Shown here: one piece after another, positions 55,870 to 64,000 of the stretch
Position numbering within the stretch: position 1 is the stretch's first letter
Layout: each line of letters starts with the position of its first letter
NCBI GenBank assembly: GCA_020633655.1
Contig: JACKDF010000005.1
Span: 321,424 to 385,423, forward strand
Length of the DNA stretch: 64,000 nucleotides
Reading direction: 5' to 3'
From: Deferribacteres bacterium
GTDB lineage: Bacteria > Zhuqueibacterota > Zhuqueibacteria > Zhuqueibacterales > Geothermadaptataceae
Notes under the pieces: model-generated
The model's database searches: none
What the model saw: only the letters and a program-made list of their open reading frames with translations
Told to the model about the DNA's origin: nothing
Made by a program: the position numbers and the translations under genes

Positions 55870-56820
55870 TTAAATACCAACCGTTTCTGCTATGAAGCCG
55901 CCGATAGTCGTTAATTCATCATTATTTAGTTGAATATCTGCTGCGGCGATGAGGCTTTCCACTTGTTTCATGTTTTTTGCGGTAATGAGTACAGAGGTTA
56001 TTTCTTTAAAACTGAGTATCCAGGCCACAGTTAGTTGAGATATGGTGATGCCTCTTTCCCTGGCCAATGGTTCAATTTGTTTGTTCAAAACCAGAGACGC
56101 TGAAGGATCTTCGTTGTGGGTGAACATGGATCGAATAAGATCATGGTTGTATTTTGATTTTTCTATACCCAGCTTCACCAGGATATAATACAAAAGGACA
56201 GGACTGTAAGCAAGAACACTTATTTCATTTTCTGCACAAAAAGGGAGGGATTCTTCCTGTATATCACGGTAGGAGAGGCTGTAGGGAAGCTGCATGGTTT
56301 GTAAAGTTGTCAGGGAAAGTGTAGACCGTATTTGTGCTACATCGAGGTTGGCGGCGCCTATATGCCGGATTTTTCCTTCTTGTTTCAGTTTATGCAGTTC
56401 AGACCATATGTCTTCCACCTGGTGATCTGATGGTGGGAGAAAATATGGTTGATATAAATCGATATAGTCGGTTTCAAGTCGCCGGAGAGAGTTTTCCAGT
56501 TCGGAACGTATGGCCTCTGGAGAAAACGACAATTGCAGCTTGTCGGGATTTTGCCAATCAATACCGAATTTACTGGAAATAATTAATTTGTCTCTGGAAA
56601 CATGCGAAATACCCCGGGCTAATAAATTTTCTGCGTGTCCGAAACCGTATAGGGAAGACGTATCGAACCAATTGATACCGGATTCAATTGCGACGTGAAT
56701 TGTTTTCAACATAGCGATATCATCCTGGATTCGCCACGGCTCCTTCATCAGCATAAACCACATGCTGTAGCCTAGTGAGGTGATTTCCAGGCCTTCATTT
56801 CCTGCACGACGCTTCTGCAC
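55870..56820 (-). CDS. aldo/keto reductase (divergent paralogue, GTG start)
   Basis: 316 aa. DTSSLYGFGHAE, IDLYQPYF, GAANLDVAQI. It sits in tandem with the previous AKR. Confidence 0.8.
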   Translation of the reverse strand: MQKRRAGNEGLEITSLGYSMWFMLMKEPWRIQDDIAMLKTIHVAIESGINWFDTSSLYGFGHAENLLARGISHVSRDKLIISSKFGIDWQNPDKLQLSFSPEAIRSELENSLRRLETDYIDLYQPYFLPPSDHQVEDIWSELHKLKQEGKIRHIGAANLDVAQIRSTLSLTTLQTMQLPYSLSYRDIQEESLPFCAENEISVLAYSPVLLYYILVKLGIEKSKYNHDLIRSMFTHNEDPSASLVLNKQIEPLARERGITISQLTVAWILSFKEITSVLITAKNMKQVESLIAAADIQLNNDELTTIGGFIAETVGI

Positions 56821-56878
56821 ATTTCCTCCTGGTGAGCAATCTTTACCTAAAAATTATTTTTACAAGGTTGGAATTCAT

Positions 56879-58426
56879 CTAAAATTTCAGCTCAGCTATC
56901 CCATCCCGCTCGTATATTTTACTCAATTGCCTTAATTTTTCGCTGAGTTCAGGAGTGATGTCATCCTCTTTGTATCGCCACTCCCAATTTTCATTTGGTC
57001 GTCCCGGATAATTCATTCTACTTTTGCTTCCTAATCCGAGCACATCCTGCATGGGGATAAGTGCAGTATTTGCAACAGAAGCGAATGCATAGCGGATAAA
57101 ATCCCAATTTATCTGAGTGCCATCCGAGTTGAAATATTCGCAGGCCTGTTTACGGGCAGTTGCAACCTCTTCAACAGAACGTGTTGAATAGCCTCCATTT
57201 TCATTTTTATACCAGCCTATCGAAGTATCATTATCATGCGTGCCGGTATACACTACACAATTACGCGGGTGATTGTGTGGGAGAAAGGAGCGCGCATCAT
57301 CATTGTTATCAAACGCAAATTGCAGAATGCGAAATCCCGGGAAGCCAAATTCATCTCTCAATGCTTTAACTTCATCGGTAATAACACCAAGGTCTTCCGC
57401 AAGAATGGGTAATCTTCCCAACTGCTGTTCCAGACTCCGGAAAAAGCCAGATCCCGGACCTTTTACCCACCGGCCGTGAATAGCCGTATCAGCCGCGGCC
57501 GGAACCTCCCAGTAGGATTCGAACCCCCTGAAATGATCAATGCGAATAATATCCACCGTTTCAAAGGCAGTGCGAAAGCGTTTTACCCACCACTCATAAT
57601 TTTGTTCAGCAAGTATTTCCCACCTATAGAGGGGATTTCCCCAGAGTTGTCCGGTTTCGCTGAAATAATCCGGTGGTACTCCTGCAACGACGGTTGGCCA
57701 ACCCCCTTCATCAAGATGAAAAAGATGTGGATTTGACCAAACATCAGCGCTATCATGAGCCAGGAAAATAGGTATATCACCAATGAGTTTTATATTTCTT
57801 TCATTTGCGTACGCTTTCAATGCATGCCATTGTTGAAAGAAAAGAAATTGATTAAATCGGGCGGCATTAATCCGGGTAGCTAATTTTTCGCGCCAATCGG
57901 ATATTGCAAGCGGATCGCGCTTTACTAATTCAGGTGACCAGTATGTCCATAGCTGCAGGTCATGGGCCTCTTTTAGAGCAATAAACAAGGCATAGTCCTC
58001 TAGCCAAAACGCATTTTCATGGCAGAATCGCTCAAATGCCTCTTTGAGATGTTGTGCTTGTCCATTTCGGAAATTCTCATGTGCCCTATGTAATTTTTCT
58101 GCGTGAAAGGGCATAACATCCTGATATTTAATGCGATCGGTTGAGAATTCCAACGTCGTATGTAAGTCATCTTTTGTTAACAGCCCATGGGAAACCAAGT
58201 CATCAAGGCTGATGAGTAAAGGATTACCCGCGAACGCGGAAAGTGTTTGGTAAGGCGAGTTCCCGTAGCCTGTCGGATTAACAGGAAGAACCTGCCAAAG
58301 ACCAAGTTTTGCATTATGGAGAAATTCCACAAAATTTTGTGCACATTTCCCCAAATCTCCAATTCCATAGGGACCGGGAAGGGATGTGGGGTGTAGTAAG
58401 ATGCCTCCGGCACGTGTAAATTCCAT
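56879..58426 (-). CDS. malQ: 4-alpha-glucanotransferase (amylomaltase, GH77)
   Basis: MEFTRAGGILLHPTSLPGPYGIGDLG..., IRIDHFRGF, GDIPIF, EDLG, and TGTHDN. I prefer the ATG at 58426 over the TTG at 58438. Confidence 0.93.
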   Translation of the reverse strand: MEFTRAGGILLHPTSLPGPYGIGDLGKCAQNFVEFLHNAKLGLWQVLPVNPTGYGNSPYQTLSAFAGNPLLISLDDLVSHGLLTKDDLHTTLEFSTDRIKYQDVMPFHAEKLHRAHENFRNGQAQHLKEAFERFCHENAFWLEDYALFIALKEAHDLQLWTYWSPELVKRDPLAISDWREKLATRINAARFNQFLFFQQWHALKAYANERNIKLIGDIPIFLAHDSADVWSNPHLFHLDEGGWPTVVAGVPPDYFSETGQLWGNPLYRWEILAEQNYEWWVKRFRTAFETVDIIRIDHFRGFESYWEVPAAADTAIHGRWVKGPGSGFFRSLEQQLGRLPILAEDLGVITDEVKALRDEFGFPGFRILQFAFDNNDDARSFLPHNHPRNCVVYTGTHDNDTSIGWYKNENGGYSTRSVEEVATARKQACEYFNSDGTQINWDFIRYAFASVANTALIPMQDVLGLGSKSRMNYPGRPNENWEWRYKEDDITPELSEKLRQLSKIYERDGIAELKF

Positions 58427-59067
58427 ATATGATTCCAATCGTTTGTTGATACCCTTGCGATCGGTGGGACTTAAGTACGCTTGAAGAAAAGATTTTGCTG
58501 GATGATTCCAGTGTCTCTAAGCAGCGGAATTAGATTCCATGTATTTTTAACCTGTGGAATGCCTCAACCTACGTGATTGCAGGGAGCTGTTGTGTATTTG
58601 AATATTTGCCTGCCAGAAAGGAGTACAGACCTTTGATAGGATGCAGCTTGCATATGTTAACGCTGTGCACTCCGGTAGCAAAGCTGCAAATTTACGAAAA
58701 AACAGATTAAGAATATCTTAAAATCCCAATCGATTTACTTGCTATTGCCTTCTAAAAGAAAACTTAATAATTTTTTTGAATTCCATGAACTTGTGTCACA
58801 TTGCCATGGGGAAAAGTTAACCTACAAATCTAAAATTTTTTAAAACAACACCAAGAATAATAAACAAAGAGTAAGGAGATGTTTCGATTTATTACGAATA
58901 ACTCTATGGAGTTCACTATCAATCTGTAACTTCTCGATCGGCATTTGGAAAAATTGTAAAACGAAAAGGTTAATTGTGATACAAATGTGAGAATTTTTTA
59001 TTTTTACTTCACTCATTTATTCATAAGCATCATTGTATAACCCAATTCCCGAACTGGCGATCATATC

Positions 59068-59102
59068 AAAAAAAAAGCTCTGGTACCGATAATACCAGAG
59101 CT
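59068..59102 (-). terminator. Rho-independent terminator of rpsA
   Basis: A 10-bp perfect stem AGCTCTGGTA / TACCAGAGCT (59076-59085 / 59093-59102) with a 7-nt loop. On the minus strand it is followed by a 9-nt U-tract. It lies 27 nt after the stop. Confidence 0.85.
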
Positions 59103-59128
59103 CTTCATTTTAAAACCTATATTGCGAA

Positions 59129-60742
59129 TTATTGGTCGTCCGAATTGTTAAGCGCAGCTGCTAATAATTCACCAAATGCTGTAATGCCGCCATTTTGTTC
59201 GGAACCATTTTGTGGTTCAGCAGGCTTTTCTCTTTTCTTGCCATGCGGTTTTTTCTTGGATGGTTTTTTTGCTTCTGGAACGATGTGTTCTGGAATTTCG
59301 TTAGGCAAAAGTGAAATGCGCTGTCGTTTTTCATCAATAGCTGTTATTTTTACAGTGACTGCATCTTGGGCTTTGAATTCGGTGCTCATATCCTTATACC
59401 CAATTTTTTTCAATTCGGATAATGGCATTAATCCTGTTAACCCTGGCATTAATTCTACAAAAACGCCATATTGAGTTGATTCCTCAATGGTGCCTTCAAT
59501 GATACTGCCGACCTGAAATTTTTCGCTGATATTCTGCCAGGGATCATCGCTTGGCATCTCATGCAAAGTAAGCCCAACTCTCCTGTTTTTTATATCCAGA
59601 GAACGGATCCATCCTGTTAATGTTTTACCAATGGCATAGTCCGCATCGCCAAGTTTAGTGTTTGATTTGATTTGTGAGACGTGCAGGAGCCCATCAATTC
59701 CAGGTGCAAGCTGTACGAATAAGCCAAAATCGGCTTTTCGTACAACGGTTCCTTTGAAACTATTACCGATTACCAATTCCGCGCTGTATTTTTCCCATGG
59801 GTCCGGTGCAAGATCTTTCATGGAAAGTGATATGCGGTTTTTATCTTTATCCACTGACAAAATGGAAACTTTGACTTTTTCACCAATTTTTAGCATGTCC
59901 GAGGGATGTGTCGTGTAGTCATTACTTAATTCTGAAATATGGAGCAGGCCTTCGATTCCCCCAAGATCAATGAAAGCACCAAAACTTTGGAAACTTCGAA
60001 CAACACCGTCCCTGATCTCTCCGGCTTTAATTGTATCCCAAAAGGATTCTAACTTTTTACCAAGTTCTTTTTTTAGAATTTCTGCACGCGAAACAATGAA
60101 TTGTTTACCATTTTCAGCAAATTCCATTATTTTGAAATCACATACTTGCCCAATAAAAGGCGCTGTTTCTTTTATAAATGAAACATCGAGGTGACTAATT
60201 GGCAGAAATGCACGAACACCTGATACATCAACATCAAAGCCGCCTTTAATTTCACGGGTAATTTTTCCAGTAACGGAAATCCCGGCATCAAATGCATTTC
60301 TTAATTGTGAGTGGTTTTTATTGTTTTGCTCGAGTTTGATTGAGATTGTTAATGGATCCACCCCCACAACCATTCCCTCTATTTCATCCCCTTCTTTGTG
60401 GCCGTCAAGTTCTTTTGTGGCAAGTATTGCTTCAGCTTTTGCACCACAATCCACCAGGGCATTTTCTTCATTAATTGAAATTATTTTCCCTTTTAGCAAT
60501 TGTCCTTTTTCAGGGATAATATAATTCATGTTTTGATCTAATGCTACTGCTAATGCTGGATCCGGGGTTTCATCTTCTTCTAATTCAGATCCAGCCACTT
60601 CAGATTGCATCGTCAGTGTATCAATAACTTCAGGCTCCTTTGCCTTGGGTTTTTCTTTCTGATCAGGTGTTTGTATTGCACTTGATTCGTTTTGAATTTC
60701 GTTTGTTTCAGTCGTTTCGTGTTTTTTTTCGTCATTAGCCAT
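59129..60742 (-). CDS. rpsA: 30S ribosomal protein S1 with an acidic N-terminal and a basic C-terminal extension
   Basis: 537 aa. Repeated S1 (OB-fold) domains, for example GKIISINEENALVDCG, GVVRSFQSFGAFIDLGGIEGLLHISE, GTVVRKADFGLFVQLAPGIDGLLHVS, GTIEESTQYGVFVEL. Confidence 0.9.
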   Translation of the reverse strand: MANDEKKHETTETNEIQNESSAIQTPDQKEKPKAKEPEVIDTLTMQSEVAGSELEEDETPDPALAVALDQNMNYIIPEKGQLLKGKIISINEENALVDCGAKAEAILATKELDGHKEGDEIEGMVVGVDPLTISIKLEQNNKNHSQLRNAFDAGISVTGKITREIKGGFDVDVSGVRAFLPISHLDVSFIKETAPFIGQVCDFKIMEFAENGKQFIVSRAEILKKELGKKLESFWDTIKAGEIRDGVVRSFQSFGAFIDLGGIEGLLHISELSNDYTTHPSDMLKIGEKVKVSILSVDKDKNRISLSMKDLAPDPWEKYSAELVIGNSFKGTVVRKADFGLFVQLAPGIDGLLHVSQIKSNTKLGDADYAIGKTLTGWIRSLDIKNRRVGLTLHEMPSDDPWQNISEKFQVGSIIEGTIEESTQYGVFVELMPGLTGLMPLSELKKIGYKDMSTEFKAQDAVTVKITAIDEKRQRISLLPNEIPEHIVPEAKKPSKKKPHGKKREKPAEPQNGSEQNGGITAFGELLAAALNNSDDQ

Positions 60743-61373
60743 CAGGAGCCATCCTTTTAAAACATTTTTTCATAAAAGCAGAATTTTAATTATTCTAATA
60801 ATAGCCAAAAATTTAGTAATCACATTTTCAATTTTCAAGAATAATTTTTTCTTTCTTTTCTTTAACATGCTATTTTATTCACGGTTTAATGTATTACGGT
60901 GATTTTTGATTAGATATATTTTTTTTTGTTATGAAAAAATATAATATACAATATGTTATAACTTTAATTTTTATAAACAAAAATATGGATTAATTTTCGA
61001 ATACATTATTTTCATATATTGAATGATGTTGCTATTTGTATATTTGATTGATAGTATTTTTGAATAAGATGATTTAATGATCTATTATTCAGGAAAGGCA
61101 TAAATTGCACCCGCTTAATCAAAAACAGAATTCCATGAATAGTGTCGCTAAACCCAATTCAACCTCGTAAGTCCTGATTCAGGGAGCTAATTGCCTTGTT
61201 AGTGAATTATCCATCAGAATATTTCTGATCTAAAATTGTGAATATTGGCTTTTCCCTGGGTACGCCAATAAGGATGTGCTGACTGACAGGATTGCACATT
61301 CAAATCTCAAATATATGCATAATTTTTATACTTGCAATTTATTTGAACCTGTGCGTTCTGTCTTTTGGCTGGA

Positions 61374-61389
61374 TGGCATATCAATTGCA
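61374..61389 (+). promoter_or_regulatory. sigma-54 (-24/-12) type promoter candidate upstream of lon
   Basis: TGGCAT-atcaa-TTGCA has exactly the consensus spacing of TGGCAC-N5-TTGCW. It lies ~97 nt upstream of the lon ATG. Confidence 0.45.
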
Positions 61390-61485
61390 TTTGCGCTCTG
61401 ACCTATCATATGAATGCAAAAGTCTGAATATATGGGAGTTAATTTTGGCACACTTCCATCTCAAATACCCATTAAGGAATGACTC

Positions 61486-63879
61486 ATGAATAAATCTGAT
61501 TTTAATAAATTCGAAACTGAAGAAGAAGTAGAAACACAAATTCCAAAAGTTTTGGCTGTTCTTCCTCTTAGAAATACTATTATTTTTCCTCACCAGATTT
61601 TGCCATTGCAGGTAGGGAGAAGTAAATCGTTAAAGCTGGTTGAAGAAGCTGATGAAGAGAATTCGGAAATTATCGTTGTTGCCCAAAAAAATGCGCAAAT
61701 TGATGAACCCGAACCCAAAGATTTATATCGCTGGGGGACAATTGTTCAGGTAATGAAAGTCTTTCGTATGCCTGATGGAACCCAAAGTATGATGGTGCAG
61801 GGGATTAAGCGTGCCCGAATTCTTGACTATATCGAAAGCGAGCCTTACATGCGTGCCGCTGTCCAACCGGTTTCCGATCATGAAATTGAGGGTATGGATG
61901 TAGAAGCGATGATTGTGAATTTGCGCAATCTGTTTCAAAAGACTGCGGAGTTGGCGCCGTACCTTTCTCCGGAACATACGATGCTCGTCATGAATACCGA
62001 TAATCCGGGGCGTCTGGCTGATGTTATTGGCTGGAATCTCAATGTTTCAATCGAAGATAAACAAAAAATTCTCGAAACTGTTGATATCCGAAAGCGGCTT
62101 GAACATGCAACGCTGATGATTACAAAGGAGTTGCAAATACTCGAATTAGGAAGCAAAATACAAAATCAGGTTCAAGGCGAGATATCCAAAAACCAACGGG
62201 AGTATTACCTTCGTGAGCAATTAAAAGCGATTCGTCAGGAGTTGGGGGAAGATCAGGATGAACGTGTGCTTGAGAATAAGGAATTGGAGAAAAAGCTGAA
62301 GGAAGCGAACTTGCCGGAGGAAGCTTACAAAGTTGCTAAAAAGGAATTGGAACGTCTCACGCAGATTCCACCAGCAGCCGCAGAATACACAGTTTCGCGT
62401 ACCTATCTTGACTGGTTGCTTGCCCTGCCATGGAGTAAATCAACTTCAGATAATTTGGATATTAGCCGTGCGAAAACCGTGCTGGATGAAGATCATTATG
62501 GCCTTGAAAAAGTAAAAAAACGCATTCTTGAATATCTTGCAGTTCGCCAGCTAAAAAGCGATATGAAAGGACCAATTCTTTGTTTTGTTGGTCCGCCTGG
62601 AGTTGGCAAAACCTCCTTGGGAAAATCTATTGCACGGGCTCTGGGGCGAAAATTCTACCGGATGTCCCTGGGTGGCGTGCGTGACGAAGCGGAAATTCGT
62701 GGGCATCGTCGAACCTATATTGGTGCTTTACCGGGGCGTTTTATTCAAGGACTGAAAAAAGTCGAGAGTAATAATCCCGTTATCATGCTGGATGAAATTG
62801 ATAAAGTCGGGCAGGATTTTCGTGGTGATCCAAGTTCTGCTTTACTGGAAGTGCTCGATCCCGAACAAAACAACTCCTTTTCTGACCATTATCTTGATGT
62901 ACCTTTTGATCTCTCGAAGGTTTTATTTATTGCAACCGCGAATGTCTTTGATACGATTCAGCCAGCCCTGCGTGATCGGATGGAGATCATTGAAATACCG
63001 GGATACTCCTCTGAAGACAAGGTGAAAATAGCTCGGCAATACATCATTCCTAAACAATTGGATGGGCATGGTTTGACCGAAGAAAATGTTCAGTTTGCTG
63101 AGGACGCAATTCGTACATTACTCTCCGGTTATACTCGTGAAGCAGGGGTAAGGAATCTCGAACGGGAGATTGCAAATGTGCTTCGTGGAATTGCAAAAGA
63201 ATATGTTGAGGGCAACAAAGAATTGCGACACATCGGTGCAGAGGATATAAAAACATATCTCGGTGCTGAAAAGTTTTATTTTGATGTAAAAGACAGAGTT
63301 TCCAGGTCTGGCGTTTCAACAGGATTAGCCTGGACACCGACTGGTGGAGACATTCTGTTTATTGAAGCAACCAAAATGCCGGGTAAAGGGCATCTTATTC
63401 TCACGGGGCAACTCGGTGATGTTATGAAAGAATCCGCGCATGCCGCGCTTTCCTACATTCGTTCAAAGGCGCAAAGCTTTGAGCTGGAAAACGAAATTTT
63501 TGAGAAAAATGATATTCACGTACACGTACCAGCAGGGGCCATTCCTAAAGACGGACCAAGTGCTGGTGTTGCAATCTTTACGGCAATGTTTTCATTGCTG
63601 ACCGGGAAACTCGTCGCCAATGATGTTGCGATGACCGGCGAAGTAACATTGCGTGGCTTGGTGCTACCCGTTGGTGGTATCAAGGAGAAAGTATTAGCTG
63701 CAAAACGTGCAGGAATAAATAAGGTAATAATGCCGGAAAAAAACAAGAAAGACCTTGATGATGTACCGCGGGAGATTCGCGAAAGTATGGAATTTGTATT
63801 CTTAAGCGAAACAGATGAAGTAATTCAAAAGGCTTTGCTGACCGACAAACCGAAAAAGAGAATCCAAAAGAAAGGATAG
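61486..63879 (+). CDS. lon: ATP-dependent Lon protease (LonA)
   Basis: 797 aa. LON N-terminal domain, Walker A GPPGVGKTS, Walker B IMLDEIDK, and a protease domain with PKDGPSAGVA (catalytic Ser). Confidence 0.97.
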   Translation: MNKSDFNKFETEEEVETQIPKVLAVLPLRNTIIFPHQILPLQVGRSKSLKLVEEADEENSEIIVVAQKNAQIDEPEPKDLYRWGTIVQVMKVFRMPDGTQSMMVQGIKRARILDYIESEPYMRAAVQPVSDHEIEGMDVEAMIVNLRNLFQKTAELAPYLSPEHTMLVMNTDNPGRLADVIGWNLNVSIEDKQKILETVDIRKRLEHATLMITKELQILELGSKIQNQVQGEISKNQREYYLREQLKAIRQELGEDQDERVLENKELEKKLKEANLPEEAYKVAKKELERLTQIPPAAAEYTVSRTYLDWLLALPWSKSTSDNLDISRAKTVLDEDHYGLEKVKKRILEYLAVRQLKSDMKGPILCFVGPPGVGKTSLGKSIARALGRKFYRMSLGGVRDEAEIRGHRRTYIGALPGRFIQGLKKVESNNPVIMLDEIDKVGQDFRGDPSSALLEVLDPEQNNSFSDHYLDVPFDLSKVLFIATANVFDTIQPALRDRMEIIEIPGYSSEDKVKIARQYIIPKQLDGHGLTEENVQFAEDAIRTLLSGYTREAGVRNLEREIANVLRGIAKEYVEGNKELRHIGAEDIKTYLGAEKFYFDVKDRVSRSGVSTGLAWTPTGGDILFIEATKMPGKGHLILTGQLGDVMKESAHAALSYIRSKAQSFELENEIFEKNDIHVHVPAGAIPKDGPSAGVAIFTAMFSLLTGKLVANDVAMTGEVTLRGLVLPVGGIKEKVLAAKRAGINKVIMPEKNKKDLDDVPREIRESMEFVFLSETDEVIQKALLTDKPKKRIQKKG

Positions 63880-64000
63880 TTTTCGTACACAATTATGCTT
63901 CAATTTAAAATCACCATTGGAAAGTAATAAATTTTCAAAATTTCTTTTTCGAATGTTTGTATAAAGCAGTGGAGTTTCAGGTAAAATGAAAAAACGAATT

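Noticed and set aside
58439-59067. Long intergenic region between malQ and rpsA scanned for tRNA, tmRNA, RNase P, 6S RNA or small ORFs
   Set aside because: I found no tRNA-like T-arm (GGTTCGAATCC-type) and no conserved ncRNA signature I can recognise by eye. The 16-codon ORF at 58879 has its AAGGAG directly abutting the ATG, so the spacing is implausible.
63987-64000. ATGAAAAAACGAATT at the window end as the start of a new gene
   Set aside because: Only five codons are visible, so a call cannot be supported.

Overview
This window is 64 kb of a moderately AT-rich bacterial chromosome. The gene architecture looks like the FCB superphylum or a neighbouring lineage (Ignavibacteria/Calditrichia-like): fused ccoN-ccoO, the order ccoI-ccoS-ccoNO-ccoQ-ccoP-ccoG-fixH, a FadL porin plus SGNH lipoprotein pair, and a stand-alone PASTA protein. 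I cannot place it further without a database search.

Layout:
- 1-6.0 kb: beta-oxidation operon on the minus strand with its own TetR regulator (acyl-CoA dehydrogenase, fused hydratase/dehydrogenase, thiolase).
- 6.4-13.9 kb: FadL-type porin, SGNH lipoprotein, TraB/GumN, acetyl-CoA synthetase, an aldo/keto reductase.
- 14.5-23.1 kb: a complete cbb3 oxidase cluster.
- 23.3-34.1 kb: housekeeping genes (mlaE, mlaF, radA, tgt, yajC, def-fmt-rsmB, PASTA protein, xerD, coaX).
- 34.8-47.9 kb: a mosaic accessory island.
- 47.9-64 kb: housekeeping again (YdiJ-like FAD/FeS oxidoreductase, thiI, trmI, THUMP methyltransferase, two AKRs, malQ, rpsA, lon).

I saw no rRNA, tRNA or CRISPR array.

The island is the part worth a second look. 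It holds RhuM, a remnant of a restriction-modification gene, and a group IIC intron lying antisense to its neighbours. It also holds a very AT-rich block encoding a TM-NACHT-pentapeptide STAND NTPase, a small membrane protein and an 857-aa TM/TPR protein. An ankyrin membrane protein and a TIR-Lcl_C (DUF1566) fusion complete it. The ORFs in this island are separated by imperfect palindromes bracketed by AAC...GTTA. Their boundary boxes are complementary between neighbouring sites in the way integron attC sites and cassettes are, so I suspect an integrase-less attC cassette array carrying defence-like cargo.

Secondary points:
- A CcoN-CcoO-cytochrome c triple fusion sits beside a mono-haem CcoP.
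- A MITE-like hairpin repeat family has copies at 24.1, 25.1 and 51.1 kb.
- A sigma-54-type promoter lies upstream of lon.
- ccoS is an unlisted small gene, missing from the ORF track.

All noncoding coordinates were placed by eye and may be off by a few nt. All homology statements come from motif recognition, not from searches.
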